NCBI GenBank assembly: GCA_027604505.1
Contig: JADIIX010000065.1
Coordinates: 1 to 64,000, forward strand
Length of the DNA stretch: 64,000 bases
DNA from: Gonapodya sp. JEL0774
Taxonomy: Eukaryota
Reading direction: 5' to 3'
This document shows positions 27,486 to 41,445 of the stretch, piece after piece (the stretch's first letter is position 1; every line of letters starts with the position of its first letter). The notes beneath the pieces were generated by a model. The model was not told the origin of the DNA and searched no databases. It saw nothing but the letters and a program-made list of their open reading frames with translations. Position numbers and translations under genes: made by a program.

Positions 27486-28948
27486 TTAAATTTCAACTCT
27501 GGTTTGAATCGAGTGTTGAATGGGTTTCTCCGCTGGGCGGAAGGGTTGGGGGAGGCGTTTGGCGTGACTCCACGACAACTTGATGGAATCGAGGCCGACC
27601 GGGAATCGAGTGGGATAGTAAGCAAAGTATATATGGGAATAAGCGCCTGAGGGGTAGTACTGGGCAGAGTCGGCTTTGACAGGTCGCTTCTTGGCGAGGT
27701 CGGAAGATAGATGTTGGGACCGTAGGTGACATGCAGACCCGCGAAAGCAACTCACAGATTAACAAATATGCTTCAGAAACCGGGAAATGAATTTGTTATC
27801 AGGGTATATATTAGCGCAAACTGGATTCTCAGAGGGCGGTATAATTACAGACCGTGGTGCTCCCTGGAACGAAGGAGGCACCTCTTCAGTCCGTGCGTTA
27901 CGGGCAAACCCGACAATCCGCCACCGTTCGTACCAGAGATTATATCATTTTTTAATCTGTGCTCGCTCTTTTCGCAATACTGCGTGGTTTCTGCGGTACT
28001 TTGACTGTCTATCTCATCGCTGCGCGACTTGTTCAAAAATGTTTGTATACCAATTGCTCTCAAGATCATGCCACAATGGATTTCTCCGATAACAGTGCTT
28101 CGTCTTGAGAACTAGAACTTTGAGATCCATGGAGTCTTGTCACTGCCTTCCGCGGCAATTGACCCGATGACGTGCATCACAATAGACCACCTCCAGCGGA
28201 GTTGTTTTTTATGACCGGTCCTTTCGATGGGAACCAAGTTTTTGAGGTTAGTTTTCGATTGAGACCGTCCTCATGCAGGAATGTCATCTCCGGGGACCAA
28301 CTCAAATCTTTACAGTACTGATACAAAAGCACCGCTTTCAAAATGACCTGCCCCCGACTTGCGAAAATCAAATGTGACTCACCACGGTGGCCATCGCTGA
28401 AATCAGAACAAAAAACGATGAGAATACTTTGAAAGCATAATATACTCAGTGATAAAGAACTGAGCGTTCTAAGGTCCAGATAGAGGGAGTTCGCTGCTAC
28501 GATTGGCAGATGGACAAGACAAACCTTTTGCATTCAGGCATATTCTCTATGCTTGACTTTAATCATTCTTTTATTTGGTCTCTGTGCTCGCAGAACGCAG
28601 ATTCGCGAACGGGGGGAGATGTGCAACGACGAGCTTATGTAATTGTTATATCCCAACTCCCGCCCCACTCAAGGGTCCATGCAACTTGTTCGGCGGGTAA
28701 TCATATCCAATATTGGCGAGTCTTCCGCGACAGGATCTATTTAAAGATATTCTAGGCCCTAATATGTACCACGAAATGTATATCCCCCAAGTCGTGCCTG
28801 TGGGGGCGCGGTAGCACATAATACCAATACCAGGAGTAAAGGTTATTGTTCATCAGACCATCAGGAGAGATTGACAAAGACGAATGAAGTGACGATGCAT
28901 TCTGGTGCAACTTGGTGACGGGAGGTTGAATGTTCCTCGACTCGCCGG

Positions 28949-30435
28949 TCAATCAATGGAGGGCCGCCCCATCAACCCTCGCTTTGCCACCTGCTCCCAC
29001 GCACTCTTTTCCAACACCGCCAGTCCTATTTCCTCTCGATCAGGCTTCACATCTGACATGCCGTCTGTCGTCTGTCCCGCTTCCGGTCCATCCAACTGCG
29101 CACTCCCCTCAGCCGCCTCACCTGCACCATCATTTCCACCCTCCACGTCGTAAACAGGATCTGACCACTCTTGCAACTCATTTTGATTCTTATTGATTTC
29201 TGATGTGGTGCCCTTTAACCGAACCTGACCCACGAGCGAGGGATGCACAGTAAGAACTCTGAGGCCACCAGTTTGTACCACCTGTCGTATCATCATAACG
29301 TCAAGAGGATCCTTGTATGTCGAGAGAGTGCGGAGAAGGTAGAAGGCGGCGGGTAGGGTGAGCGCATATGCGTGGGTGCACGTCTGCAGGAGCATGGAGG
29401 GTTAAAGACCGTCAGGCAAAAGGTGGAGGGAACTTCTCACAGGCGACACAGATTTGTAGACATCTTTCACGACCTCTTGCTGGACTGGGCTGGGGTGTGG
29501 GTCCATATCTCTCAACCATGTCCGTCCACGAATCTCGGGAGGTTCATCAGATTCGCCCATGTACTCACTCCCAACACGTCCCCACGAAAAGAATATCCCA
29601 CAAACCTTTCGCCCGTTCCAGCACACCATGCATCTTTTTGCGAATCTCCAACTCCAGATCTACATCGTCTTCCATGATCAAAGTCGTTGCCCAGCGGTTC
29701 ATGGCCATCACTTCCCAAATCCTCCTGTGGGAGACCCAGCAGGCGATTTCCCCCGGGTACACCACTGATTGTGCAGGTCGCTTAGATGAAACTCGACGAT
29801 GCAAAGAGAGCACGTCTCGGTCACTTGAGGGAGTTGCCGGTACAAACTCAATCGAAAGGTTGGTGACCTGGGCAAGGAGCTGGCGGAGATCGATATATCA
29901 GTATTTGTCATTGCTCAATATAAGTTTGTTTTGATTGTTGACTCACTTGGACTCTCTTCCTCCGATCTGATCTTCTTGGCAAATTCAACGCATAAATGTG
30001 AGCAAAACCCAAGGTGCGATTCGCAACCTCCTCCAGATTTTCGTCGATACAAGAGACCTCGTAGCCCTCCTCGTACATACAAGAATATGGCTTTCGCACT
30101 GTAATTGCCTTTGCGCTCGTGTCCATGCTGGGGTTTTTCGTGGCGGCGTACTGGCTCGCCCTCGTCACGTTTTTGGCAAGACGACATTTCTCTCCCGCAT
30201 CCGAAGACTCATAGCCATCGGTATTTGAGTCATGATGCAGGAAAGTTTTTGCGTGTGACATGTCGAAGAACGCGTCGGATTGCAGGAGCGTCACAGTTGC
30301 AACCACACAGATCACAACCGCCGCCGCTGATGTGGGGAGCTTCCTTCCTCGATGAGAGCATAGTCGCGTCCAAAATCCCGATAAGAATAATGGGCTCGTT
30401 GCAGAAAGAGGAGATTCTGGCAGGTGAAGTGGCAT
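28949..30435 (-). CDS. Glycosyltransferase family 25 (LPS/procollagen galactosyltransferase-like), type II membrane protein
   Basis: N-terminal TM, then IYALNLPRRSDRRKRV, GEIACWVSHRRIW, LIMEDDVD, WDILFVGTC, CTHAYALT and PLDVMM. Confidence 0.87.
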
Positions 30436-30575
30436 ATGACGTGAAGATATTCTTTTGCAGGGGCGGGCCTACTTGTGCAGTACTGTGAGAAACCGTGATT
30501 AGCTAGCACATTTTACTTTCTATTACGTGTTTGCTTTACAAGGCAAATTACAGGTGGTTCTTTTATCGTACCGCT

Positions 30576-33500
30576 TCAAATTTCGTCGGATTTGTTATCC
30601 GCTTCACTCAATTTCTCGGTTTCCAACACCACCTTCTCCATTCTCCGCTTCATCAATGTGCTATCCCCTATCTTTAGTTCAAATTCCGATGGATCTACCC
30701 GCCTGGCTGGAGACGCCAGTTGCTGTGGTGGTTTCGACAGGTTCGAGGGGCCGATGTGATGCTTTGCTGCTCCCCTCCCTCCGCCTCCGATCGTTGATGG
30801 TGGAAGATCATGTGCCCTGCTCCGTGCTCCCGAATGTGGCTGATACATTTTCATTGCCGCACTAACACCCTTCTGCGATGGTTCTAGCGCACGGTTGATT
30901 TCATGTCCCGTTTTTAAACCCGCCATTGGTCCACCATTGAGATTAGCTGCGGAGACTTCAGCAGGAGCAGCCACCGCATCCCACGGGCTCATGGCGTCCA
31001 TGATACTTTTGGCAATACTGTATTGCACATCAATGACTGATTTAGTCAGTGGTGTCGGAAGTGGCGTGACGGCATTATGCTGCTGAATTCTTGGGTGGTC
31101 GCGTAGGGTACTGCCCTCTCGCGCCAATGATTCCTTGTCCTCCACGAGCATGTTGTAGTCAATCATCATACCAGCGGGAGCTGGTGTAGCTGCGGTAATA
31201 GAGTCATCCACCTCGCTGGGATCGCGTTCGACCAGCCGTTGTTGGGATTCGTTAGGATTTGTCCGTTCCCCGACTCGGGAACCCATTCCAATTGTCTCAG
31301 TCGTAGTTCTCATCTCGTTTCCTTCGATTTGATCAGCTCTCTCCTGAGTGCATTTCGCAGCTTCCCCGTACGCAAAATACTCCTTTCCTTTCCGTTTGCG
31401 CTTGTCCTCCGTGCCCGCATTGTCATCGAAGTCCATCGAGTCGTCGTCTTCAAAAAGGTCATCATCCGAGCTCAGATAAGCATACTCTGTGGGAGTCGGC
31501 AGTATCTCGGGTGCCTCCATCACGACATTGTGCCCTGACTCTTCATGTTGCAGATGCGTGCGGACTTCCTTCTCCTCTGCCGGTGTATGAAGCACGGGAG
31601 GGCCGTTCCGTGCAGCACCCGTCCACCCGACTGTGGGGACCTCATCATCCATTCCATGAGAGGGATTCAATGTCGTTAAATTGGATGAGAACGGTGGCGA
31701 TTGTCCTTGCATGTCGTTGGGAGCCCGGGATAGAGAATGTACCCACATTCTTCTCACGGCAGGAGGCACAGACAAAAGTGGATCCGAGGCGACTGGCAAC
31801 CTCTGATAAAATAATGGATTCAGCTTCATGTATCATCGGAATGAATGCGGCACACCTCACTTGTTTCCGTATCCATGGATGTGCTAGAAACTGTCTTATG
31901 GTATACCTCCGCGAAGGATCAACAGTGAGGCATCGAGTTACAAGATCTTTTGCTGCATTTGAAGCCACCCATGTGCTTTTGTAATGAGTATGTTATTTGA
32001 TACATCAATGATCTTTCTCGCTTACCTTCATGACTGACCGGATCCCACCAAGGAGAAAGAAACGTGAACTGACCGTGCGCGACCTTCTGGGTAAGAACGT
32101 CCACCTTCTCATCGTAAAAGGGAGGAAAGCCGCACAGCCTGTAACAGATTGAACAATCATTTTCCGATAGACCGTAAAGGATCAAGTCTAGGATAAACAC
32201 TCACAAAGTATATAGAACACATCCTAAAGCCCACATGTCCACTCCCTTGGAGTACCACTCATCTCGTACAATCTCCGGTGCCGTGTAACCAACCTATGAC
32301 GGTCAGCAGTGAGGCGGTTGCAAAAGATTTTCAAATTTGCACGCAATACGCACGGTTCCACAAGGAGTTAGAGTATGATCGTTCCAGATGATCTAAGAAA
32401 AAATCACTGAGGACAACCTTGGAAACTTATGGTTTCAAGGAGAAAAGCTGCCTACCTTCGACAAGCCAAAGTCCGCCAGTTTCACCGTCCCAATTCTGTC
32501 AACATCTTTACAACCGAGTGCGCCCTTTGGCGTCTCGTTCGATTTTCTCGCAAGGGGAACGCCAGATCGGCGGGGGAAATCGAATAGCCTACGTCGGTAG
32601 TGATTGTTCATCATATCATGTAAAGTGCGAAGAATTAATGGACATCGACTTACAAATTCTCCAACTTGATGTCCCGGTGAACCACGCCGCTGTCCTCGTG
32701 AAGGTAGCGCACTGCTGATGCAACCTTGAAAGGGCATTTGGCTATTTAGTATTTTTCCTTAAGAAACTTTTAATAATGGATAGGTCTCACCATTGTAATA
32801 ATCCTTCGAGATTCGTCTTCAGACAGGCACGTTTGCCTCACAAGCTCATGAAACAGCTCACCCCCTGGCATCAACTCCAGGATCAAGTAGTAGTAGCCAG
32901 ATTCCTGTCCAGTACATTCAAGATCGGAAAATGAGTTCGTACAAGTGCTTTGCTTTTGAGCCCGCTACTCACCTTGCCAACTCCAGGAGTTGTGACACTG
33001 GTCATGGTATCGTGGAACCCCAGCAACCGGATGATATTGTCGTGTTTGAGAGTGCGGAGTAACTGTACCTCTTTCAGGACGTTAGCGCGCTATATTTCGA
33101 ATGGATTGTGTTATTGAGGAAAATGTGTTTGCGAGGATGGAAATATTGAATACGCATGGAAACCAAAAGACATGCCTGATTTGCAGTGAGTTCGGTCTTC
33201 CGCACAGCTTTAACAGCGACAAGTTTATTCGTTTGCAAGTCCTTGGCTTTGTACACATTCGAAAACGCGCCCCTTGACAATGAAGTTCAAACTATATTGG
33301 ATCCGGACCCGGGAATGCTGAAACACCAAAATACTCACTCTCCCATCTTCTTCAACAACTGGAATCTCTGCAAGTCCGGATACTCTGGTAGCCCTTCGTC
33401 TTCTACCTGATCCCCGAGAAAGGTCGCGGTTCGGACACCACCATCAAGAACTTCCACATAATCGTCGTTTTCTGAGCTCGGTGTTACTCCCTCATTGGCG

Positions 33501-34286
33501 AGGCCCACCCCAAATGAAGGTAGTGGGCCTTCAGCTGATGGCGCTGCCGAGTCGGGAAGTAGTGCGGAAGAAAAATCCGATGTGTGGGGACCTGATGGTG
33601 CAAATGGTGGAGCAGCCGCATTTGCTTGTTGTTGACGGTGGTGGTGGCGAACACGTGTAAGAGGATTGGTAGATATACTATCACGCGGTGCATGCAATTG
33701 TGAACGCCTTGATTTCTCCTCTACATCAACTTTGTCATTCTCCGTGTGTTGTCGGCCCCGTGTGTGATCTTCGTGGTGCGTGCTCTGTCCAGGTTGCTCC
33801 TCCTCCTCTGAGAGCTGTTCCATGATACTGAGCCGATTGTCTTTTCCGGCATTCTGTTCTCGGTTCGGAATTGATGGCGAAAAGGAACTCTGAGTCACTT
33901 TTGTGGATTGGTTCACTTTTGTATTTTCAACAACACCTGGGGACCGAAGAAAGTCAAATTACTTCACACTGCCACACCAATTACTCCCGACAATCCGCAT
34001 GTATGGGAAACGCATTGCTCCATTGGGTTGGTTTCATGGACTCACCCCTGCGTGGATTCGATGACGGACTGACCGTGCGACCTCTCGCCCTGGGTTTTCC
34101 CGGTGATATTCCAGTTCGGATTCGTGCACTTTTCGCCGACGAAGGGGTACTGGAAACGGGAGACGTTTGGGGCAATGAAGAATTGCTGCTGATAGATGTC
34201 TGGGCGGGTGAGGGGTCGCTGAGTCCCTGATGATTTCCTCCGCCGCCGCCGAAAAGCTGTTTCAAAATTGTGCCGAGCGCCGGCAT
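30576..34286 (-). CDS. CAMK-family MAPK-activated protein kinase (Srk1/Rck2-like)
   Basis: GAFSNVYKA, VAVK, YLHEDSGVVHRDIKLENL, IGTVKLADFGLSK, TPCGT..GYTAPEIVRDEWYSKGVDMWALGC, CGFPPFYDEKVDVLTQKVAHGQFTFLSPWWD. Acidic low-complexity C-tail. Confidence 0.9.
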
Positions 34287-34658
34287 CTTGAATCTTTATT
34301 GTTTGAATTTCACGAATGAGTAGTGACCGGTGTGAGAGCGCAGGGAACAGAATCAAGCTCCGCACAATGGCGGGACTCCTACAACGCCAGCGATCCAGCA
34401 AGCGAAGTCTGAAACTCACAGATGAGCTCAAGTTCGTTCCGCAGATCGACGTTTGAAGACGATGCAACCTGTCAGTCGGTTCAGGGATTCCGTCGGTCGG
34501 ATGGCCTAAAATCTGACGTCACTGTTCGGTAATGGACATTGGACAGTATTACACAATAAAACTTTGTCACCGAAAATTCGAAGATGTTTTCAACCTTCTG
34601 CTTTATGTCCTCCCAAAGCACAAATTAAAAAACAATGCATAGTAGAAGCTACGTCGTA

Positions 34659-36872
34659 TTAATGACCACCACCAAACTCCATCAGCATTCCCCAAACGTC
34701 TTCTTCATCCATCTCATCCATCTGAGTCACATCCTGGCCATAGGTGGACAAATCAAAAGTTGAATTAATATCTTCAGCGTCACTGTCCGACTCCGGGGCA
34801 GGATCCGCGGGCCGAGATTGGCGAGAAGCCCAGCCTGACCTGTACGTGGCGTAATGATTGTACAATCTACCGCCGCAAACCATGGTCCATCAGAGTCAAT
34901 GCAGAGATTCATCCAGAGTTCAATACTTACTCCCATCCCCAATTGGTCGTTCTAATGACTCGTTTGGGTTCATAATTGTCCACCTGAACCATTCGAACTC
35001 GGTGCGATACATGCACTTTCTGTGACAGAAGCAATTGATGAAACAAATCTAGACTTTTTGTAGCAACCTCTGCGGTCTCCCAAGGGAGCAGCTAGAGCAC
35101 TCGACTCACCTCGGAACCGAAATCGATCTCATCTATTCCGTTCCAATAACCCTCTTGCTCAGCCTGGTCTCCTCGTTCAGCCGCTAAAGCCCTCATCTTA
35201 CCGGTAACCGTTCTGGGCCCATACCTTCCCCGCTCCCACCCTCTTTCCCATACAGCAATCTTCTCCTCCCAGTCAGGATCCCAATTAACTTGTGAGTCTG
35301 GACCAACATTGTCTCGCCATGAACGTATGGGGTCGAACTCTTCGAAAGTGCGGGGGGTTCGACGTCTTAATCTGGGGCCCCTCGTCGTGGAGGAAGACGC
35401 AGCCGCAAGGGACTGTGCACGTTCGCGAAGGATTTTCGTCCGCGAGTTCGTCAACAGGTCCCATGGGCCTTCCGGATCTCCCACAAACTGCCACCTGAGA
35501 TTCATGTCCCCATCCCAGGACAGCCCACCATTTGGGGAGTGACGGCCGATGACGGGGCGGTTGCGAGAAAACTTGGAGTTACGATAAGAATTATGAGTTA
35601 GATGATATGGACGATGACCACAATGATGTGCACATGCTCTCACCCCGAACCGAAATTGAATTGCCCACTCGATGGACGTAATCTCGGCCATAGTAATGTA
35701 TGTCCGGCGAGCATCATGCACAGCAACCTGAAAACTCAGTTTCAGAGGGTGCGCAGTGAAGACCACAGATTCTTTCGAGGATCACTCACTGCGAATGCTA
35801 ACTTCCACCTCCCTGACCACAACCCTGGTGTCGTCAACCTTGGAGCCAGCCATTCCGGCCACGTTTCAGCTACAAGTTGCTCCAGTGCTTCACGAGATGT
35901 GCGCGGATCAAGTTGAAGTGGAGGTGCTTGTGTCCAGAGAGAAGCCAGCGGATCCGTAACCGCCTCCGTATCAGTGGACAAATCTGTCTCAGAACGTTCT
36001 TGGAATGAAGATAAGGCTGGAGATTCTGGATTGGGAAGAGATGAGAGAAAGGCGAGAGCTGACGGTGAAAAGAGAGCGCGGCGGTGGCGCTCGCGAAGAC
36101 TGATCGGAATGATTTATCGGGTCGTATAATGAAGCCAAATTCTGCACATTATCGGCGAAAACGGAACAGCATCACAAACTCACAGCGCAACAATTTCTAC
36201 TGTTGGTGTGCTCGCGAGAAGGTGTGGTTTGAGGTCCACCAGATAGTGCAGCTGTGTCGGTGGCGGCTGTCGGCATAAAAAGCGCCTGCTTCAGAAACAA
36301 GGGGCAAAAAGCTTGAAATTGAGCGTGTATCTAATCTCACGACGGTGCATGTCTGCTTGCCCTCGTAAAGCTTGCGGCTATGCAAATGCCGTGTTGAATT
36401 GAGTCCCTCAACAGTCTTTAACGATAAAGAGCAAGCTCACTAAGCAGCTTTCCAAGTCTGAACAATAATTTCCCGGTGGACAGAATGGGAGGTGTCAACG
36501 TGCGATCGGAATCAGATATGCTTGCTAAGCCTTGTCACCTCTTCGCTGGATCCCAAATACTTGAAGTACCGGCAACTCGCCTGAGGTGTACGAATTGTGA
36601 ATCGGGGTGAGTAACGTTGGATACTGAAACAACAAGTGCAACAACATCGGCGTACTGACCTGGAAGTTGAGCAACGAAGGAACCGAATCATGAAGAAACC
36701 AAGCTACTTGAAATGAGACTTCAGGTGGCAGAGCCGCAATGATGTTGAATCCATGCTCGCTGTCTTCACTTTCGACGATGGAAAATGGAAGTGAAGAACG
36801 GGCGACGCGCTTTCCTCGTTCCTTTGACGGAGAAGGAGTCCGTGGCTCGAATTCTGCCGGCCAAGAAAGCAT
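34659..36872 (-). CDS. F-box domain hypothetical protein (exon structure only partly resolved)
   Basis: F-box-like IIAALPPEVSFQVAWFL...SLLNFQ|ASCRYFKYL. Downstream exons include GRWKLAFA, DARRTYITMAEITSIEWAIQF and an acidic C-terminus. Confidence 0.6.
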
Positions 36873-37341
36873 TTTCGCAAGGTGTGTCACAGACGAGCTC
36901 CCCAATTACTGAAAACTACAAACGGCTTCGATCAGCCGAGGTTCGGTGAGCGATCTTACACATGTAATTAAGGTTTCACATCATTTTATTGCCAGGAAAC
37001 AAGGCATAATATTACACATGGAAACATTCCAATCTCACGCTATAATGTACCTTCGACCCCAAAGGCATGGGCGGAAATGCCAACAATAGAGCTGTAAATA
37101 ATAGTTGCCCTACATAAAATCGCAAATACGAGTGCTAGCTAAATAAGAAAGAAATCCGGAATTATCAACTTTGGTGTGTTTGTGGGTGGGCAGCTTACAC
37201 TTGACTTGGTTGGGCAGCGAACCACGGCACTGCCTTTGCACTTCACGAGGTCACCAGTTCGTATTCGCTGACTTGATAAAGTAGAAAACAACCGTCAAGT
37301 CCTACCGGAGACCAGAAATCGCATCGTTGCAAAGAACGCTC

Positions 37342-40300
37342 ATGTCACCATCGAGAGCTGGAAATGTGTTTCTTGCTCGCCCGGCGCCTAGTGATCCTTT
37401 GGGCCGCGACGCTGAGCTTCATCCGAGGCATGGTGCAGCTACATCGACGACGCTTCCGTTATTATTGATGGAGAGGATACAGAAGGCGCGGGCTGGTGCG
37501 GACATTGGGGACGCTGGAGAAGTCAACCAGGTATAAGTGAGCGGTACCCAACTAGGGGACGAGTTTCTCATTTCTGGTTCTCTCAATTGTCTTTCTTGAT
37601 GTCTAATTTTCAATTCACGCAAACTTTACGGGCGAAATTCTCTGTCAACCTTGCGTCATTTGATGATACGGCGTGCTGTACCGTTAAAGAAACCTTCACG
37701 CTACCCTCTCTCGTACCTCCCACCACGACTCCCAGCAGATGCATTGCTTCTTGGTCTTGACCCTGCAGAATTCGAGGAACTTCGCAAGGAATTTGAGAAG
37801 GAACAAATCACCGACAGAGAGGAAAGTCGGGAAGAATCCCCCGGCACTGGCAATGCTGATCACGCGGATGAAAACGAACGAAGAAGTGGCTACAGTGATG
37901 GTGTTAGTGGTGGCAGAATGACATATGGGCACCACCGACGTCCAAGCCACGCAAAAGAATATTCGTCGATGCCCCCGCCACTCCCAACTCATATTCCATT
38001 ACCCTCGAAACCTCCACCCCGACGGCTCATAGGCCCGGAAGCTGACCGGAAGTACCAGTGAGTACATCGTGTTTTGAGGCCACAGGGAAATATCGGGACG
38101 CACCCCTCCAACAAACTCCGTGGAGGTGCGGCAGAATTTCACGCGCATCGTAAACTCATTCCTTCATGTTGTGATTCTAACGCTTACTGCCTTTTGTCCA
38201 CCTCACACTCATTCCCCCTTGAAAGAGAACTCCGCCAAGAAAAAGCCTTGCTCAACTGGCAGCGCCAGTCGGATGAGTGGCGAAAAATCGAGAGGAGAAT
38301 CGCAGAGACAGTGGGGAGGGTGAGCTGTCGCTTTTTGAAGGGGAGATGTGATCCCAAACAACGGACTGCGCCACTGTTTGAGAATGAGCTCGTTGTACTG
38401 CGCAATCAACGCCACACACAAGTAAAGCCGCAACTGCTCCTCCCTTCTCCCGCAGTCTCCCCCTGGTCTCCTCTCTCAACGCTCCCCTCCCCCACATCGC
38501 CGACGTCTCGAATCCAGCCTCGCCCTTGACCTCGCCCTCCGCGCGCGGGAGCGAGCAGCCGGATGTGACTTTTGGCATACAGGGTATCGGTTGGGGTACG
38601 ACAGGTGGGGTGTAGTGATGGAGGTTCCCCGTGGGGGAATGCGAGAGTAAGTAGGATTGGATCCAAGGACAACTAGGAGGGCACTTCATGATTGCTTCAT
38701 AATCATACTGTTCATGATTTTGGCAGGATTGAACGGGTCATTTCGCCTGGAGATTCAGGTGGAGATGGCAAAGAGAGGGGGGACAGAACAATGACGCCGT
38801 TTGAACAGTTTCGCGAGAGGAGAATGAAGGAAGTGGAGCTGGAAATGGCGGAGGTTGACCCTTTTTGGGGGGTGAGTGCATGGAGGATCGCAGATTTGAT
38901 GAAGAAGGACCAAAACTCATTTACTACGCGACGGTCCAGCACCCGAATCCAGGTTTCATGGAAGTGGTGGGCACGTCCCCCTTCAGCTACCCCACGCCAC
39001 CCCAAGACAGCCGACCGATCGACTCTACCTCTACTGTTGCACCGACTTCGGTTGATGTTAACTGCGAACCTGCTAAAATCACCCCATTTTCCACATTGTC
39101 CCCGTCGGTCTCCCTTCCACCGCCTCCGTATCTCGGTCCCCGATTAATTATCCCTCTCCGGCGGCTCGCATTTGAAGCTTCTGCAGGCGAAGTGGCTGTG
39201 GGCTGCGTCACGATTTACAATGTCGGAACTACAAGTGTGTGGTTTGAATGGCGTGAGGCGGGGAAAGGTGCAAGAAGAATTGGCCTTGGAAGCGTAAATG
39301 ATGGGGGGTGGGATCAGGTGGGCCGGAACTTCACACTATGTCTGTTTGCTCTTTCACATGGCTCGTCGTTTCTCTGAACGGATGGCATGACAGCTCACCG
39401 CCGCCTCGGCACCATCAGCTGTTGGACGATTCTTTTTCACTCGAAGAAGAGTTTCAGTCTTGCCAGGCCGTGCATTCGATGTGCCCGTTGCATTCCAAAG
39501 CGAGACCGCAGGGAGATTTGAGGAGGCCTGGAGGGTTGAGTCTGACCCGAAATGTGCGATAGGTGGTTGGGAAGCGGGATCTGAGACGGAGAATGGAAAA
39601 CAAGGAACTATCGACACCGTTAGTGGTCGTAAGAATTCGAATTCTAATAACGAAGAAGGTGTCGTTATAATGGTTGTGAGTGATGAAAGCGGATTGCCTT
39701 AGATTCGAGGTGACAAACCTGGGCAACTTTTGGCAGGGGTCTGCTATTCAAGTTGATGCAAACGCGGTACGGAGGCAGGAGATTGTCGCAAATCTTCGGA
39801 GACGACGGTAAGATTCCTCAGTTTCGTGAGCAGGGCATATTAGACTTACGTTGTCAGCATTGACGTCCAGTGCCATAACCGCCGCTCGTGCTGTCATTGA
39901 CCACATCCTCAACGATATTCCAGCAAGTGGCACGATCTCTGGTGCACATGTCGTGATTGCGAGAGGTGGTAAGCAAGCGGTGGATGCGGAGGAGCGGGAG
40001 TTTTTGTTCAGGAATGCTGATATGCACGTGAGTTTGTGAGAGGAAAACGAAGGATGCTCTAGCATCCGCCTCTGACCATCAACGTGTATTGAACGTGAGC
40101 TAGCTTTACTACTATCCGACTATTGTTGCCCAGCTCGAAGATCTTGCTGGAGAGATCGCAAGAGTTGTACACGGTGGAGTCGTGCCAGCAGGATGGAGAT
40201 GGAATAGGAGTATCGACGTCCTGAACGATGTAAGCACCTCGATTCTCACAGTGTTGGCTCATCCCAGTCCTCAACCTTCGCATTTCATATCATCGGTTCC

Positions 40301-41255
40301 AAAATATTTCGACCATTTCTGTCAGCTTGCGGAACGTGTCCCTTCACCTTCTCTGCGTTCTACTCTCCTCCGCCGCCTCAACGATCATGTTCTCCGTCTC
40401 CTTCAGTCTCCTGCAGGCTCCATCGATAGGGTTGCGCCGCAACTCGCCAGGGATGTTGTCGCTGGACTTTGCGAAGAGGTGGCTGTGTTAAGCTGGAACC
40501 TGCGAGAAGAAAGGGGCTTAGATACGAAGAGGAAATGCTTGATTAAGTTCATGCAAGGTGTCGGAGAGGTGGGTGTGTTCGGTGATGTGGCGCAAAATTG
40601 TTTGGACTTCGTTGTGTTCTGGAACAATTGGTTGATCCCTCCCCTGACTCCGCTCCAGCCTCCAATACCCGAGTCCACTTCTACCGTCGGTGCAGCTGGC
40701 ACAGCAGGAGTGGGCAAGTCGAAACCCGGAGAGAAGGCTCCCGTTGCCGGAACCAGCACAGGCAAGCCTGGCACCGCAGCACCAGGTGGGAAAGACTCAA
40801 AATTGGGTGCCGCCACTGCAGGGAAGAAGGATGAGAAAGTGGCAGTGGCAGCGCCTGTCGCGGTAAAAGTAGGAGATCAGAAGGACGGAGGACTAGAAGG
40901 ACCAGTCGGGGATCTTTGGAAGGTGCGGTGCATGTGTAAAATGGTCCGGAAGGTGAATTCACCCTTTTCTTTTGTGGGTCGCAAGAGCGACGTGCCCGCA
41001 AATTATACTGCGGCACGCTGGGAAAGCGAAAAGGCATATCGCGCAGCATTCAAAGTCAAGGTGAGTTGGACGGCTCGTCTGAGTTGGGAGATCGTCGGGT
41101 GGCTGTTCCTGTTCACCTCACCTCCTCCTCGTCTTGTCGTTTCCTGCTTTGCTTCGATCTTACTACTGTCATGCGGCGGATTGCAGGTCAGGCAACTCGT
41201 AGTTGCCGCGATAGACCGAATGGACAAAGTAATGGGGGCTGTGACACACTCTTGA
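37342..41255 (+). CDS. MYCBPAP: MYCBP-associated protein (MYCBPAP/FAP147-like ciliary central apparatus protein)
   Basis: RQEKALLNWQRQSDEWRKIERRIA, DFWHTGYRLG, LAFEASAGEVAVGCVTIYNVGTTSVWFEW, FFF...VLPG..VAFQSETAGRFEEAWRVESDP and RQEIVANLRRR, matching the remembered MYCBPAP domain pattern. Confidence 0.75.
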
Positions 41256-41445
41256 TCCCGTTTTGCATTTTGCAGGGTATGCCGTTCATTTTTTTTGGTA
41301 CCAAAACCAACGTCCTGCAAACTGTACGATATTGCAATTTTATTTTTTCATCTTTATGCATGTCTACCGAAAAGAAGAACAATATGACTCATGGTGACTG
41401 TGTGGCGGAAAGTCTCAAAACGATGGTGTAATGGTTCTTTCGGAC

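Noticed and set aside
27787..28755. Several 70-120 aa intergenic ORFs
   Set aside because: No motifs or coding-like composition; probably cyclin promoter region.
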